This document shows positions 52,158 through 64,000 of a DNA stretch of 64,000 nt, in pieces. The notes beneath the pieces were generated by a model. It made no database searches. It was not told the DNA's origin and saw only the letters and a program-made list of their open reading frames with translations. The position numbers were made by a program, and so were the translations under genes. The first letter of the stretch is position 1. Each line of letters starts with the position of its first letter. Source of the DNA: Mizuhopecten yessoensis (Eukaryota). Location: positions 1,251,572-1,315,571 of the forward strand of contig NW_018405139.1 in NCBI RefSeq assembly GCF_002113885.1. The letters run 5' to 3'.

Positions 52158-52727
52158 GTATTTACTAGAATATTCATAGGACACGGTAATGGGGGTCATT
52201 TCACTACTGCATCTTTTGTTTTGACCTACGTTCAAGAGAAATATCACTTGAATAAAGCTAATTAACTTTCAATGTAATTTTTTGTTCAATTAATATAGGA
52301 GAGTTTATTCTTAAATATCGCCTTTCAGACAGTGTAACAGGACCAACACACACTAGTAAACAAAATGCACAGTGTTTATAGTTTGGTATACAAATACATA
52401 GAAACACAACTACTGCAGGAAGACAATTTTTAATTCGTTCCCTGGTCGGGCCCCGAACTCACAAATCACCGAAACATATCTGCAGCTTTGACCAATGCAC
52501 CGTCAAAGCCTCATCGAAAAAGAAGATTTTAAAGTTGCAGTGGTCAAAAGCCCAATAAACTCGATATATTCATAATGACAAATCATCTATTGATGAAATG
52601 ATTACCTGCATTGCAGTGTGTAGTTATACACATGGATACGAGTTGCACACATGTGGTTTATTAGACACAGTGAATTATGACAGGCATTTCATATATTAAA
52701 CCATCGGATCAACATAATTATACTAGT

Positions 52728-52947
52728 GTGGTCGGATGGCGCAGTGGATAACGCACTTGCATTTCACCAAGGTGGCCGGGGTTTGATTCCCCGATCGGAC
52801 GTGAAAAGGTATGGGATAACCTTCCCGAACACGTGGGTTTTATTCGAGTACTCCGGTTTCCTCCCACAATAAGACACCCGTGCGCCAACATCCGGGCCAA
52901 CAAGAGGGATTTATACAAGTTGCAAGAACTTATGTTTATAGTTAATT
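52728..52947 (+). mobile_element. tRNA-derived V-SINE in intron 2
   Basis: A box TGGCGCAGTGG, B box GGTTTGATTCC, and V-domain GTGGGTTTTATTCGAGTACTCCGGTTTCCTCCCAC. Confidence 0.88.
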
Positions 52948-55795
52948 GGATATGATACATAGACACAGAACCTTTGCAAGAAATTACTTTTGACTCCTGT
53001 AGTATTTCATCCATGACAAAGATCAGTTTTCGATGATATTTATCAGGAACACCTGCTGCCGTTTCAAAAGAATAAAAAAATACTATGCGATGTTTTAAAG
53101 CACACTCGAAAATAAAAGTTTTCCGAAAATAAGATGGCATACAGTATATACATGTAAATCGGTAAAAAAACAATTTACATGGTAAACCAACCAACACGTT
53201 TTAAAGCTTCGGCAGATGTTTCTTTTCATTAAGCACAATCAAAAGTGTACTGGGTAAGGCATTTATACTCATGGGTTCGAACCCGGGCAGAGATAAGTGA
53301 CCAAGTGTGCTACATAATATTGCGTTTGCTAAGCACTTTGGGGGTACTTTAAAGTAACCTCTTTTGATTTTAGTGTCACAGTCATGGTATTATTATGGAA
53401 GATTTTGCAGGGAGGATCCTCCCGGAGGGAATTGGGGATGAGGGTGGGGATAATATCACAGTAGTGAATACTTTAATTGTTTAAAGAGGGAATTACCATT
53501 AATCTCAGTTTGTGGTAGAACACTTAACACGTCCCGAGCTCGACTTCAATAGTAGGCGCTGCAAAAGATGACCTCTGCAATGCTCAAGATAGATGGTTCG
53601 TTATAGTATGCTTAGTAATACAGGAGACTCGTCATAAACCCGTGTACTCCTTCAACTAACTTGTCCTTACCTAATGTGATACTTTGATGTGCATGGTTAA
53701 TACAGAAATGCCAACACATAACCATTATTTCAACACGATACCTTGTCATAGCTAAAAGAGCGTTTAATCTTCAAACCTGACTTCCGACACATTTGAAAAA
53801 CCACATTGTTTTTATCGAAATGAAGTCTTTTATATGAGCATATACGCAGTGATAAATCGTTACGTATTGCGTGATTAAGGAAACACAGACATTCATACAT
53901 TGGCTTATACATCCTTGTTGATCGTGTGCTACATCGCCCAGTGGGCACCTTTAGACATTAGATCTCTTCAAATCCACACTTACATGGATATGTCGTTCTA
54001 CAAGTTCATAAGGCTGTATGTCTTTGATGAAAAAGTGAGAATGTTTAACAAACTCCTGAGTGAGAGATACTATTTGCTGATACGAAAAGAATCAAAGCAC
54101 TCTATACCAATCCGTGTTTATACTAGAGGTTAAGCTGTGAGCAAGCCGCTCTGAAATCCATTTGATTTTTCCCATTGAAGTTAATATGACGACCACCATC
54201 CGGTGAGGTAGCTTTAGACAGGTCGCACCACTACAAGCCTAGCCGGCAATTTCAAAGGAAACGGTTATGTTTGAAATATAGGAACGTCTTTCTTGTATGT
54301 CATTGCGGATCCCCTTTAGTTAATAACTTAAGATGAGATACTTTAATGTTGGTATCAACTCAAAAAACATCTATAAGAAACGGGGTTAGAGTCGAGATAG
54401 AACATCGTCCGTTCTAGCATACCTTTATGCAAAAGCACCGAGTAACTCTCGTTTGGCACGTACGCTGCCAGACATTCCAGGAATCACTTTAACTGTCATT
54501 GCGAAATATTTTCTTGGGAAAGGGAAGAAAAAAATCAGATAGTCAGCCAAATACGCGTGTAGTTTTATCTTCTGTTTGTTAGGTTTCCGATTGGAGTCCC
54601 CAACGGTTTTCTCTCTTTCTAATATGACCTAAGAATGATATGTTAAATAAAATTTACAATGATTTTGTTTTTCTCTTCGGGTACGATATCAAAATGCACC
54701 ACAAACAGGTATTAAGGCATATCATTTCTTTTTCTGTTCACATCAAATGTATCAGCAATAAAAATATACGAATAAGCATCACTGCAAGCTAACAATACTT
54801 ACAACAAACAGACAAGTAAGTTACTAGTTACTTTAAACATACTCCTGTTTTCTGATATATTTATAAATATTTTATATAAATCGTGATAATTTGCTCATGG
54901 AGTCGCATAACGTAAATACATTTTGATATCATCCGCACAAGCAGGGCGATTTGAACGATTTACACTGAATATTTATGGCATTATGCTACAGACCAAGCGT
55001 TAAAAATCGAACGTTACAGCACACAAACGACATCCTGTAAATCTACACACATCCACTGTATCTCCTCGGCGGTAGCTCCCTAGGTACCTAGGGTTGGGCC
55101 GTTGTCACAGCTATTTGATCAATGACGTGTTCTGCTACCGTGTTCAACTCTATGCTAAGGTATTAACCATTGGTACCGATATAGTTATGTATATTTGGAT
55201 TTTGTATTTTAACGTAAGAGGCGACTTATGTTGGAACAGCTAACATCTTTTCTCCCGTCCCTTCTTTTTCTTTTGGTCAGTGTTTCCTCTCTATGCATCC
55301 GTCTTCATATAAGGCTTTGTAGCACGTTTACTCCCCCACTACCCCCCTCCCCCCTACTGCAGGAGGGTAAGATACGTGCTTGCTTTGGAAACGACTGTCC
55401 ATCTAAACAAAAAATCGTGAGCTAAGAGCATTCATGATAGAACATGGAAAATCGCACCATAAAGGTGAATGACGATAATGTTTATACAGTTAAATGTCTT
55501 GCCGAAACTACCGCTTTAATAGTGTCGTACAGCCACTGTAACATCCTTTTGGTGACGTAAAAATGGAAACTATAACTTTGGTCAGAGGACATAATGGAAG
55601 AATCCCTATGATGGCACGGAGATCACACATAGCATGCAGAGGGGCACAGCTGGTCGACTCTTTACCACCTAAGCTGAAGGGTTAACAAGAAAGTGAAAAT
55701 ACAGTTTCCAGATTTGTTTGTTGAAACTTCTTCAGTATCTGAGCTATCGAGATGTGTTATCATAAAGTTTAACATTGTTTTTTGTTTTATTTCAG

Positions 55796-55864
55796 GTGGT
55801 TGCCACTGTACAAAACGACCACGACTTAAGAAAAGACTGTATAAAAGAGGAAAATTCAATTTCG
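55796..55864 (+). CDS. FRZB: sFRP3/4 coding exon 3: start of the netrin-like (NTR) domain, (G)GCHCTKRPRLKKRLYKRGKFNF(A)
   Basis: Acceptor TTTTGTTTTATTTCAG, 69-nt phase 1-1 exon, donor G|GTAAGT. The CxC...Y...FNF pattern matches FRZB RCKC...TYFRNNYNY. Confidence 0.92.
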
Positions 55865-58347
55865 GTAAGTGATGCTACATACGGAACTACAATTGTACCT
55901 TATAAACATACATAAGTAAACAAACAGACATCAAGAAGGAGTCTTCATATAAATAACACTATCGTCCCTCCACCTTCAAGGTAAATCGATATCAATCAAA
56001 AATCAAATCACTTCAGTAAATTGGAAGGACCAACTGACGAGGAGTGTCAGTTTTATTATTTACAATGACACTAATCTTTACAAACTCAATACAGGAATCG
56101 AACTTATAACCTCTGTCACATACAAACATTAGCATACCCCCCTCCCCTTTATAATCGAAACGTACAAAACAAAGAATAACGCCTTATCTCTTTCACAAAT
56201 AAACATAATTCGCAAGTAGATATAAAAACAACCAGTGTAACTCTATCACATTTAAGTGTATACCCCACAACGTAGTCCCTCTATATGACCACTTTAGGTT
56301 GTCAGGCACGCAACTAGCGATACCTACACACCTCTTTATTTTGTATCTAGCTGTATTAATAATGCCAAATTTAAACTGAAATAAGATTTAATTTCACTTA
56401 ATTAGCACATATTAAAGTAAGACATTTATTCACTGTTATATATCCTCCGGAATATGTACAATGTTATAATCAGCGTGTGGGAGAAGTGAATCAATCAAAT
56501 TAAATACGTTGCAGAAAGTTTTTTTTCCACTATATTTAATTTCAAAAGGTTTACATGCACTTTGTAATTGACAACAAACATATTTTGGTTTAAAAAAATA
56601 AAAACTTACATTTGTCGCCAGCTAGATGTAAGTTAAACAAGGGCATGAAAAACAAATCGAAAAAGGAGTAACTTATGTTAAAGCGAGGTCAAAAGTCACA
56701 CGCTGGGATACCGGTGACTGCTCATTAGTTACATAAGTCAGGTGAGCATGGCCTGAGGATTCCACATTCTAAATGAATTAGCTAGTACAGGTAAAATATT
56801 ACACGTAGCCAGTATAGCTGATATCACGACTTGAGTCTCCTATGGCTATCACAGGGTGCCTATTTGGAAGCAAATAAGTTTAAAGTAAATAAAACTAATT
56901 TTAGACACATGGATAATTAAGCTAAGGTTGCAGTTAGCGTGTTAAGTGTACATAAATACATTTGACAGCTTCTTGTAATCGTAAATGTTAAACTAAACCA
57001 TGATGTATCAACAAGGTAAGGTGCGCCGAGATCAAAGACGGCTTACCAACAATGAAGGATTGTGTATTGACAAAATGGCCGACGTTTACAAATACCTGTA
57101 CCTGTGTACAACTTACCTTTGTAAACAGGTGAAACGGCACGAGAGGATTTTTTTTACAAACTAATTAGATTCAGTCATTCATTACATATTCGAATGGTGT
57201 GGTATTTTCAAAATTGGCTCCTTCTGAGGTGCATGTATGTTTAAGTAATTACAGCGAATGTATGAGCATGTAGGCAGCCTGATGGATAACGCTGCGTTCT
57301 TTTATCATTGGTCTGTGTATGATACTGTGCACCTAGACAAAAATATACCATATGATTTTTTTTTTATTTTTTTTTTATTTTTGTTTAGTTACTTTTAGTT
57401 GAAAGTAAGATGACGGAGAAAGTTAAATAAATATAGCATATTAAATGTATGTCTTTCGCTTCTGTTTCACAGAGATGTATATTAATAGAACCGAAACATT
57501 GTAAACTATTTGTTAAGCTTGTGTTACCCAGATAAGACAGGGTTTTACTCTAGTATAGAGGAATGGGAAGTCGTTGCTTTGGTGGTTATCGTGGATGTAA
57601 ATGTTACGTTATCAATAATTTTAACATGAATTCAATAAAATAATTTATCTGACGATTACATTAATTTGTATTATACTGTTAATCTGTATATGAATCTATA
57701 AATGATACTTTTTGTGGTTTTGGTTTTTGCAACACCGACCTTTTCAGCTGGTAGGTGTAGGTCGTGTCGATTCTCAACCAATACCAACTTGTTTTTTTTA
57801 TTTATATCTTTATATATTTCATAGAACAATAAACCGGTCGTCAATTAAAAAATTACCAAAAAATAAACAAAATCCTGATCTTTGTGCAGACATTTTCGGG
57901 AAACATTCGTTTTCTGCAAAATCTGGTTCGAGTTTAGCTTCACGATAATCAGTTCACTGATTCAAGTTAAAACCTTTCACTACCTTTTTTAAGATTAGAA
58001 ACGATAATGCTAAAAGAAAAAAAAGAGGAAAATTTAAGAAAATAAATATAAAAAATATTTTGATTTACGTCCCATTAATCTAACAATTCTTTAGACAAAC
58101 ACACAACCTGTGCTACCGCTCTCAAATGCTGGTTTATTGTGATAAATAAAACACTCTGGTTTCATCTTTAGCTTACAGGTGTCAAGTTTTATTTAGTAAT
58201 TGTTATTTTATGTGCTCATACAGGAGGAATCAAATAGTTTTTGAAACATGAACCTCTTCGTCACGACGGAAACTTAACCTCCAACAATTAGCTGTTATAG
58301 TATAGTGTTTATGTATGCTCGTCTTTGCTTTATGTCTGGTATACACG

Positions 58348-61300
58348 AACGTGGGTATCTCCCGTACCGGGGTTTGACAGAGTATTAGTACGTGGATATC
58401 TCATATACCTAAGTTTGACGGAGTATTAGTACGTGGATATATCATATACGTAAGTTTGACGGAGTATTAGTACGTGGATATCTCATATGCCTAAGTTTGA
58501 CGGAGTATTAGTTCGTGGCTATCTCATATACCTAAGTTTGACAGAGTATTAGTACGTGGATATCACCTGTACCGAGTTTTGACGGAGTATTAGTTCGTGG
58601 ATATCTCATATACCTAAGTTTGACAGAGTATTAGTACGTGAGTATCTCCTGTACCGAGATTTGACAGAGTATTTGTACGTGGATATATCATATACCTAAG
58701 TTTGACAGAGTATTAGTACGTGGATATCTCCTGTGTCGATATTTGATGGAGTATAAGTACGTGTATATCCCCTGTATCGATATTTGACGAAGTATAAGTA
58801 CGTGGATATCTCATTTACCGAGTTTTGACGGGGTAATACGTACGTGCATATCACATGTACCGAGTTTTGACGGAGTATTAGTACGTGGATATCTCATATA
58901 CCTAAGTTTGATGGAGTATTAGTACGTGGATATCTCATATATCTAAGTTTGACGGAGTATTAGTACGAGGATATCTCCTGTACCGAGATTTAACGGAATA
59001 TTAGTACGTGGATATCTCCTGTACCTAAGTTTGACGGAGTATTAGTACGTACGTGGATATCTCATTTACCGAGTTTTGACGGTGTATTAGTACGTGGATA
59101 TATCATATACCTAAGTTTGACAGAGTTTAGTACGTGGATATCTCATGTACCGAGATTTAACGGAGTATTAGTACGTGGATATCCCCTGTATCGATATTTG
59201 ATGGAATATAAGTACGTGGATATCCCCTGTATCGATATTTGACGAGGTATGAGTACGTGGATATCTCATTTACCGAGTTTTGACGGGGTAATACGTACGT
59301 GCATATCTCAAGTACCGAGTTCTGACGGAGTATTAGTACGTGGATATCTCATATACCTAAGTTTGACGGAGTATTAGTACGTGGATATCTCCTGTACCTA
59401 AGTTTGACGGAGTATTAGAACGTGGATAGATCATATACTTAAGTTTGACAGAGTATTAATACGTGGATATTTCCTGTACCGAGATTTAACGGAGTATTAG
59501 TACGGGCATATCTGAAGTACCGAGTTTTGACGGAGAATTAGTACGTAGATATCTCATATACCTAAGTTTGACAGAGTATAAGTAAGTGGATATCTCCTGT
59601 ACCGAGTTTTGACGGAGTATTAGTACGTGGATATATCATATACGTAAGTTTGACGGAGTATTAGTACGTGGATATCTCCTGTACCTAAGTTTGACGGAGT
59701 ATTAGAACGTGGATAGATCATATACTTAAGTTTGACAGAGTATTAATACGTGGATATCTCCTGTACCGAGATTTAACGGAGTATTAGTACGTGCATATCT
59801 GAAGTACCGAGTTTTGACGGAGTATTAGTACGTAGATATCTCATATACCTAAGTTTGACAGAGTATAAGTACGTGGATATCTCCTGTACCGAGTTTTGAC
59901 GGAGTATTAATACGTGGATATATCATATACGTAAGTTTTAAGGAGTATTAGTACGTGGATATCTCATACATCTAAGTTTGACAGAGTATAAGTACGTGGA
60001 TATCTCCTGTACCTAAGTTTGACGGAATATTAGTACGTGGATATATCATATACGTAAGTTTGACGGAGTATTAGTACGTGGATATCTCCTGTACCTAAGT
60101 TTGACGGAGTATTAGAACGTGGATATCTCATATATCTAAGTTTGACGGAGTATTAGTACGAGGATATCTCCTGTACCGAGATTTAACGGAGTATTAGTAC
60201 ATGGATATCTCATATACCTAAGTTTGACAGAGTATAAGTACGTGGATATCTCCTGTACCGAGATTTGATGGAGTATAAGTACATGGATATCTCATTTACC
60301 GAGTTTTGACGGGGTATTACATGTGTGGATATTTCCTTGCACTGAGTTTTGACGGAGTATTAGTACGTGGATATCTCCTGTACCTAAGTTTGACAGAGTA
60401 TAAGTACGTTGATATCTCCTGTACCGAGATTTGATGGAGTATAAGTACGTGGAAATCTCATTTACCGAGTTTTGATGGGGTATTACGTGCGTGGATATCT
60501 CCTGCACCGAGTTTTGACAGAGTATTAGTACGTGGATATCTCCTGTACCTAAGTTTGACGAAGTATTAGTACGTGGATATCTCCTGTACCGAGATTTGAT
60601 GGAGTATAAGTACGTGGATATCTCATTTACTGAGTTTTGACGGAGTATTAGTACGTGGATATCTCATTTACCTAAATTTGACGGAGTATTAGTACGTGGA
60701 TATCTCATATACCCTAGTTTGACGGAGTTTTAGTACGTGGATATCACCTATACCTAAGTTTGACGGGGTATTACGTACCTACATGGGTATCTTCTTTATC
60801 GAGTTTTGACAGAGCTTTAGTACGTGGCCATTAGTCCGTGGGTATAACTGAGTATTATGTACGTGGGTATCTCCTATTCCTATCTTTGATAGAGTAGCCT
60901 CCCATACTGAGTTTTGGCGGGGTTTTAGTACGTGGATATCTCATATACCTTAGTTTGACGGAGTATTAGTACGTGGATATCTCCTATACCGAGATTTGAT
61001 GGAGTATAAGTACGTGGATATCCCCTGTATCGATATTTGACGAAGTATAATTACGTGGATATCTTATTTACCGAGTTTTGACGGGGTGTTAGTACGTGGA
61101 TATCTCTTGTACCGAGATTTAACGGAGTATTAGTACGTGGATATCTCATATACCTAAGTTTGACGGGGTATTAGTACGTGGATATATCATATACCTAAGT
61201 TTGACAGAGTATTAGTACGTGGATATCTCCTGTACCGAGATTTGATGGAGTATAAGTACGTGGATATCTTCTGTGTCGATATTTGATGGAGTATAAGTAC

Positions 61301-62225
61301 GTGGATATCCCCTGTATTGATATTTGACGAAATATAATTACGTGGATATCTTATTTACCGAGTTTTGACCGGGTATTACGTACTTGGATATCTCCTGTAC
61401 CGAGTTTTGACGGAATATAAGTACGTGGATATCTCATATATTTAAGTTTGACATAGTATTAGTACTTGGATATCTCCTGTTCCGGGTTTTGACGAAGTAT
61501 TAGTACGTGGATATCTCATATTCCCTAGTTTGACAGAGTATTAGTTCGTGGATATCTCATATACCTAAGTTTGATGGAGTATTAGTACGTGGATATCTCA
61601 TATATCTAAGTTTGACAGAGTATAAGTACGTTGATATCTCCTGTACCGAGATTTGACGGAGTATAAGTACGTGGATATCTCATATACCTAAGTTTGACGG
61701 AGTATTAGTACGTGGATATCTCATATACCCTAGTTTGACGGAGCTTTAGTACGTGGATATCACCTATACCTAAGTTTGACGGAGTATTACGTACGTACAT
61801 GGGTATCTTCTTTATCGAGTTTTGACAGAGCTTTAGTACGTGGCCATTAGTCCGTGGGTATAACTGAGTATTATGTACGTGGGTATCCCCTATTCCTATC
61901 TTTGATAGAGTAGCCTCCCATACTGAGTTTTGGCGGGGTTTTAGTACGTGGATATCTCATATACCTTAGTTTGACGGAGTATTAGTACGTGGATATCTCC
62001 TATACCGAGATTTGATGGAGTATAAGTACGTGGATATCCCCTGTATCGATATTTGACGAAGTATAATTACGTGGATATCTTATTTACCGAGTTTTGACGG
62101 GGTATTAGTACGTGGATATCTCTTGTACCGAGATTTAACGGAGTATTAGTACGTGGATTTCCCATATACCGAGTTTTGACGGGGTATTACGTACGTGGAT
62201 ATCTACTATTCCTTGATTTGACGGA
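58348..62225. repeat. Tandem array in intron 3, 41-bp unit GTACGTGGATATCTC(ATATACCTAAG/CTGTACCGAGT)TTTGACGGAGTATTA (~94 copies)
   Basis: 41-bp period (58381 to 58422) with two interspersed sub-types. Block ~60680-61140 is repeated at ~61696-62156. Confidence 0.97.
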
Positions 62226-62375
62226 CTTTAACCTACGTTTATCTCCTTTTCACATTCAGTCCTGAATTTGTCTTTTCTAGCATACTTTTTTATAAAACTT
62301 ATTAACGAGACATTAAGATTTTTTATTTTTATTTCCGGCGAAGACAATGACAAGATATATTTTATGTAACTAATG

Positions 62376-62700
62376 TTGTGGTTTGGTTTATCAGGTTAAG
62401 AGTTATATCAACAGTCAATTTTATTTATGGTGTGCCTCAATATATGTTATGTATGTGTAGGTCCTACGGGCGGGGAACGTTGTTGTAATTGCCTCCTTTC
62501 GATACTCTCTGATGCCCATATTAGAGTGTCGCTTCAAGCACGGTACTCCATCTAGATACATTATACTGACCACGGCTAAAAAAAGTCGTTGATACCTTTA
62601 CTGCTGAACGTTTAATAAGGAATAACAACTACAATTTGTGAAGAGTTTGGTTTGTCCCGCCCTGAGAACCCTTTGCCTTACTAACATAGACGAAAATATC
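62376..62700 (-). mobile_element. Decayed Meta-type SINE
   Basis: (GGTTT) tail with ATCAACAG, ACATTATACTGAC, TGCTGAACG...AACAACTAC...TTTGGTTTGTCCCG, in the same order as the 30.4-31.0-kb copy. Confidence 0.6.
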
Positions 62701-63773
62701 ATTCCTTCCCACCCACTTACAAGATCTGGTTATTTGCACGTGGTGGTGAAAACTTATTGCGTCATACCCGGTGACGCGCTGTACTTTAGATTATAAATGT
62801 TCCACAACATCGCGTGTCGTTAGTAATTTTTAACAAAACACACCGAGAGAATGATAGACAGCCCATCAACCAGAAATAATCGCACATGTTAAAAGGTGTG
62901 CTAATCATAATTAATCCAGACAGTTGTCCCTCCAACCATATCACGTTATCGCTATTGAGGTCTAGATGGCAAAGATATAAAATTTCAAGACAGTTTCATG
63001 AATGAATATGTAATAATGTTGACGATTAGTCTATTAACGGACAGACGTATGTGTGTGGTATCATCTTGTGCTTTACAAACACTACAAAAACTTGGCGCGA
63101 TGAATGGATTCTGCAAATTCACGTTCTCGTGATTGTAGATACGGGAACTTCTGTACTCTTAAAGCCGAAGAACATATAATTGATCGTCACAATAAGACGC
63201 CCACAAATCCTAATTTGACTTAATGTAAGGTTTGTATTAGACATTAATATACGTAAATTACCTTACTCACGCATCGTGTATATTAGGTACAATATTGGAA
63301 TGTAATCGATATAGTCAAATAATATAAGTACTTGCTTTCGTTTTAACAATATGAGAATACCGCATATTCAGTTTTACCTGGGTAGGCAAATGCTTCAAAA
63401 CTATTGAATGAACTGAAGACAGACCAAGTTGTAGGAGTTTTACTATCATATCGGCATAGAGAATATCACACTTTCATAAACTATTTTTACGACACAGAAG
63501 TAAAAATAATTTAAAAGAACGTGCACTGATTCGTCAGTACACATGGCCAACACTCAAACATTAACTTGGTAAAGCGAAGACCGAGGAGACATCGAAAGAA
63601 AATGGAATGCATATGAACTCGCGAGAAAAATTTGAGTCCCAAAATAAAATATGTTTCGGTTTCATTTTGCTTTCGTGCTGACGGTTATCGCATATCACAT
63701 ATCAACCTAGTGAAACAAAGTACTCAATTATTTTATAAAGCCAGCGTTTATGCTTATTTAATTGTCCTTTCAG

Positions 63774-64000
63774 CGATACGAGCTCGAATTCTTGGACACG
63801 ACACTGCAAATACAATTAACACAGTGACTAGAGTGAGCGTCATCAAAGTCCTCAAGAGCACACGTGTACAAATTGTTGAAAACAATGGCATTGAACTATG
63901 GACAAATTCTACGTGTGTGTGTCCGAAGCTGCTCCGTCGGAGGGAATACCTTATTATCGGATACGACGATCCCGCAACACAGCGTCTCCTCTTCTTCGAC
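63774..64000 (+). CDS. FRZB: sFRP3/4 coding exon 4 (NTR domain), truncated by the window edge
   Basis: Acceptor TTGTCCTTTCAG, phase 1. Reads AIRARILGHDTANTINTVTRVSVIKVLKSTRVQIVENNGIELWTNSTCVCPKLLRRREYLIIGYDDPATQRLLFFD, matching FRZB VIRAKV...EILKSS...YTSSGCLCPPL...EYIIMGYED...RLLL. Confidence 0.95.

Noticed and set aside
52071-52265. 64-aa ORF in the track (MDRQPLSR...)
   Set aside because: Wrong frame and GTG start; the same DNA is better explained as the phase-1 exon 52071-52157.
30483-53300. tRNA-like A/B-box sequences at 30483, ~50470, ~52440, 52728 and ~53270
   Set aside because: Cloverleaf stems are broken and the better-preserved ones continue into SINE bodies; these are SINE heads, not tRNA genes.

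Overview
AT-rich animal genomic DNA, most likely a bivalve mollusc (inferred from the SINE, LINE and Penelope families, not from a database match). It carries one real gene: a secreted frizzled-related protein of the sFRP3/4 (FRZB) group on the + strand. Four phase-1-linked coding exons are visible (42302-42785, 52071-52157, 55796-55864, 63774 to the window edge); the ORF track shows only the first in its true frame. About 27% of the window is tandem arrays with units of 26/30, 36, 41, 31, 12 and 41 bp. The rest is intergenic or intronic DNA with decayed LINEs (CR1-like, L2), a Penelope RT fragment, tRNA-derived SINEs (V-, CORE- and Meta-type) and MITEs. The most unusual signals are in the arrays. 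Five apparently different minisatellites share ordered motifs in the same orientation, and their unit lengths are 26, 31, 36, 41 and 41 bp. The 31-bp array contains fold-back inversions that mirror neighbouring variant units. Two arrays appear to be caught arising inside or at the end of mobile elements. No CRISPR array, rRNA or intact tRNA gene is supported.
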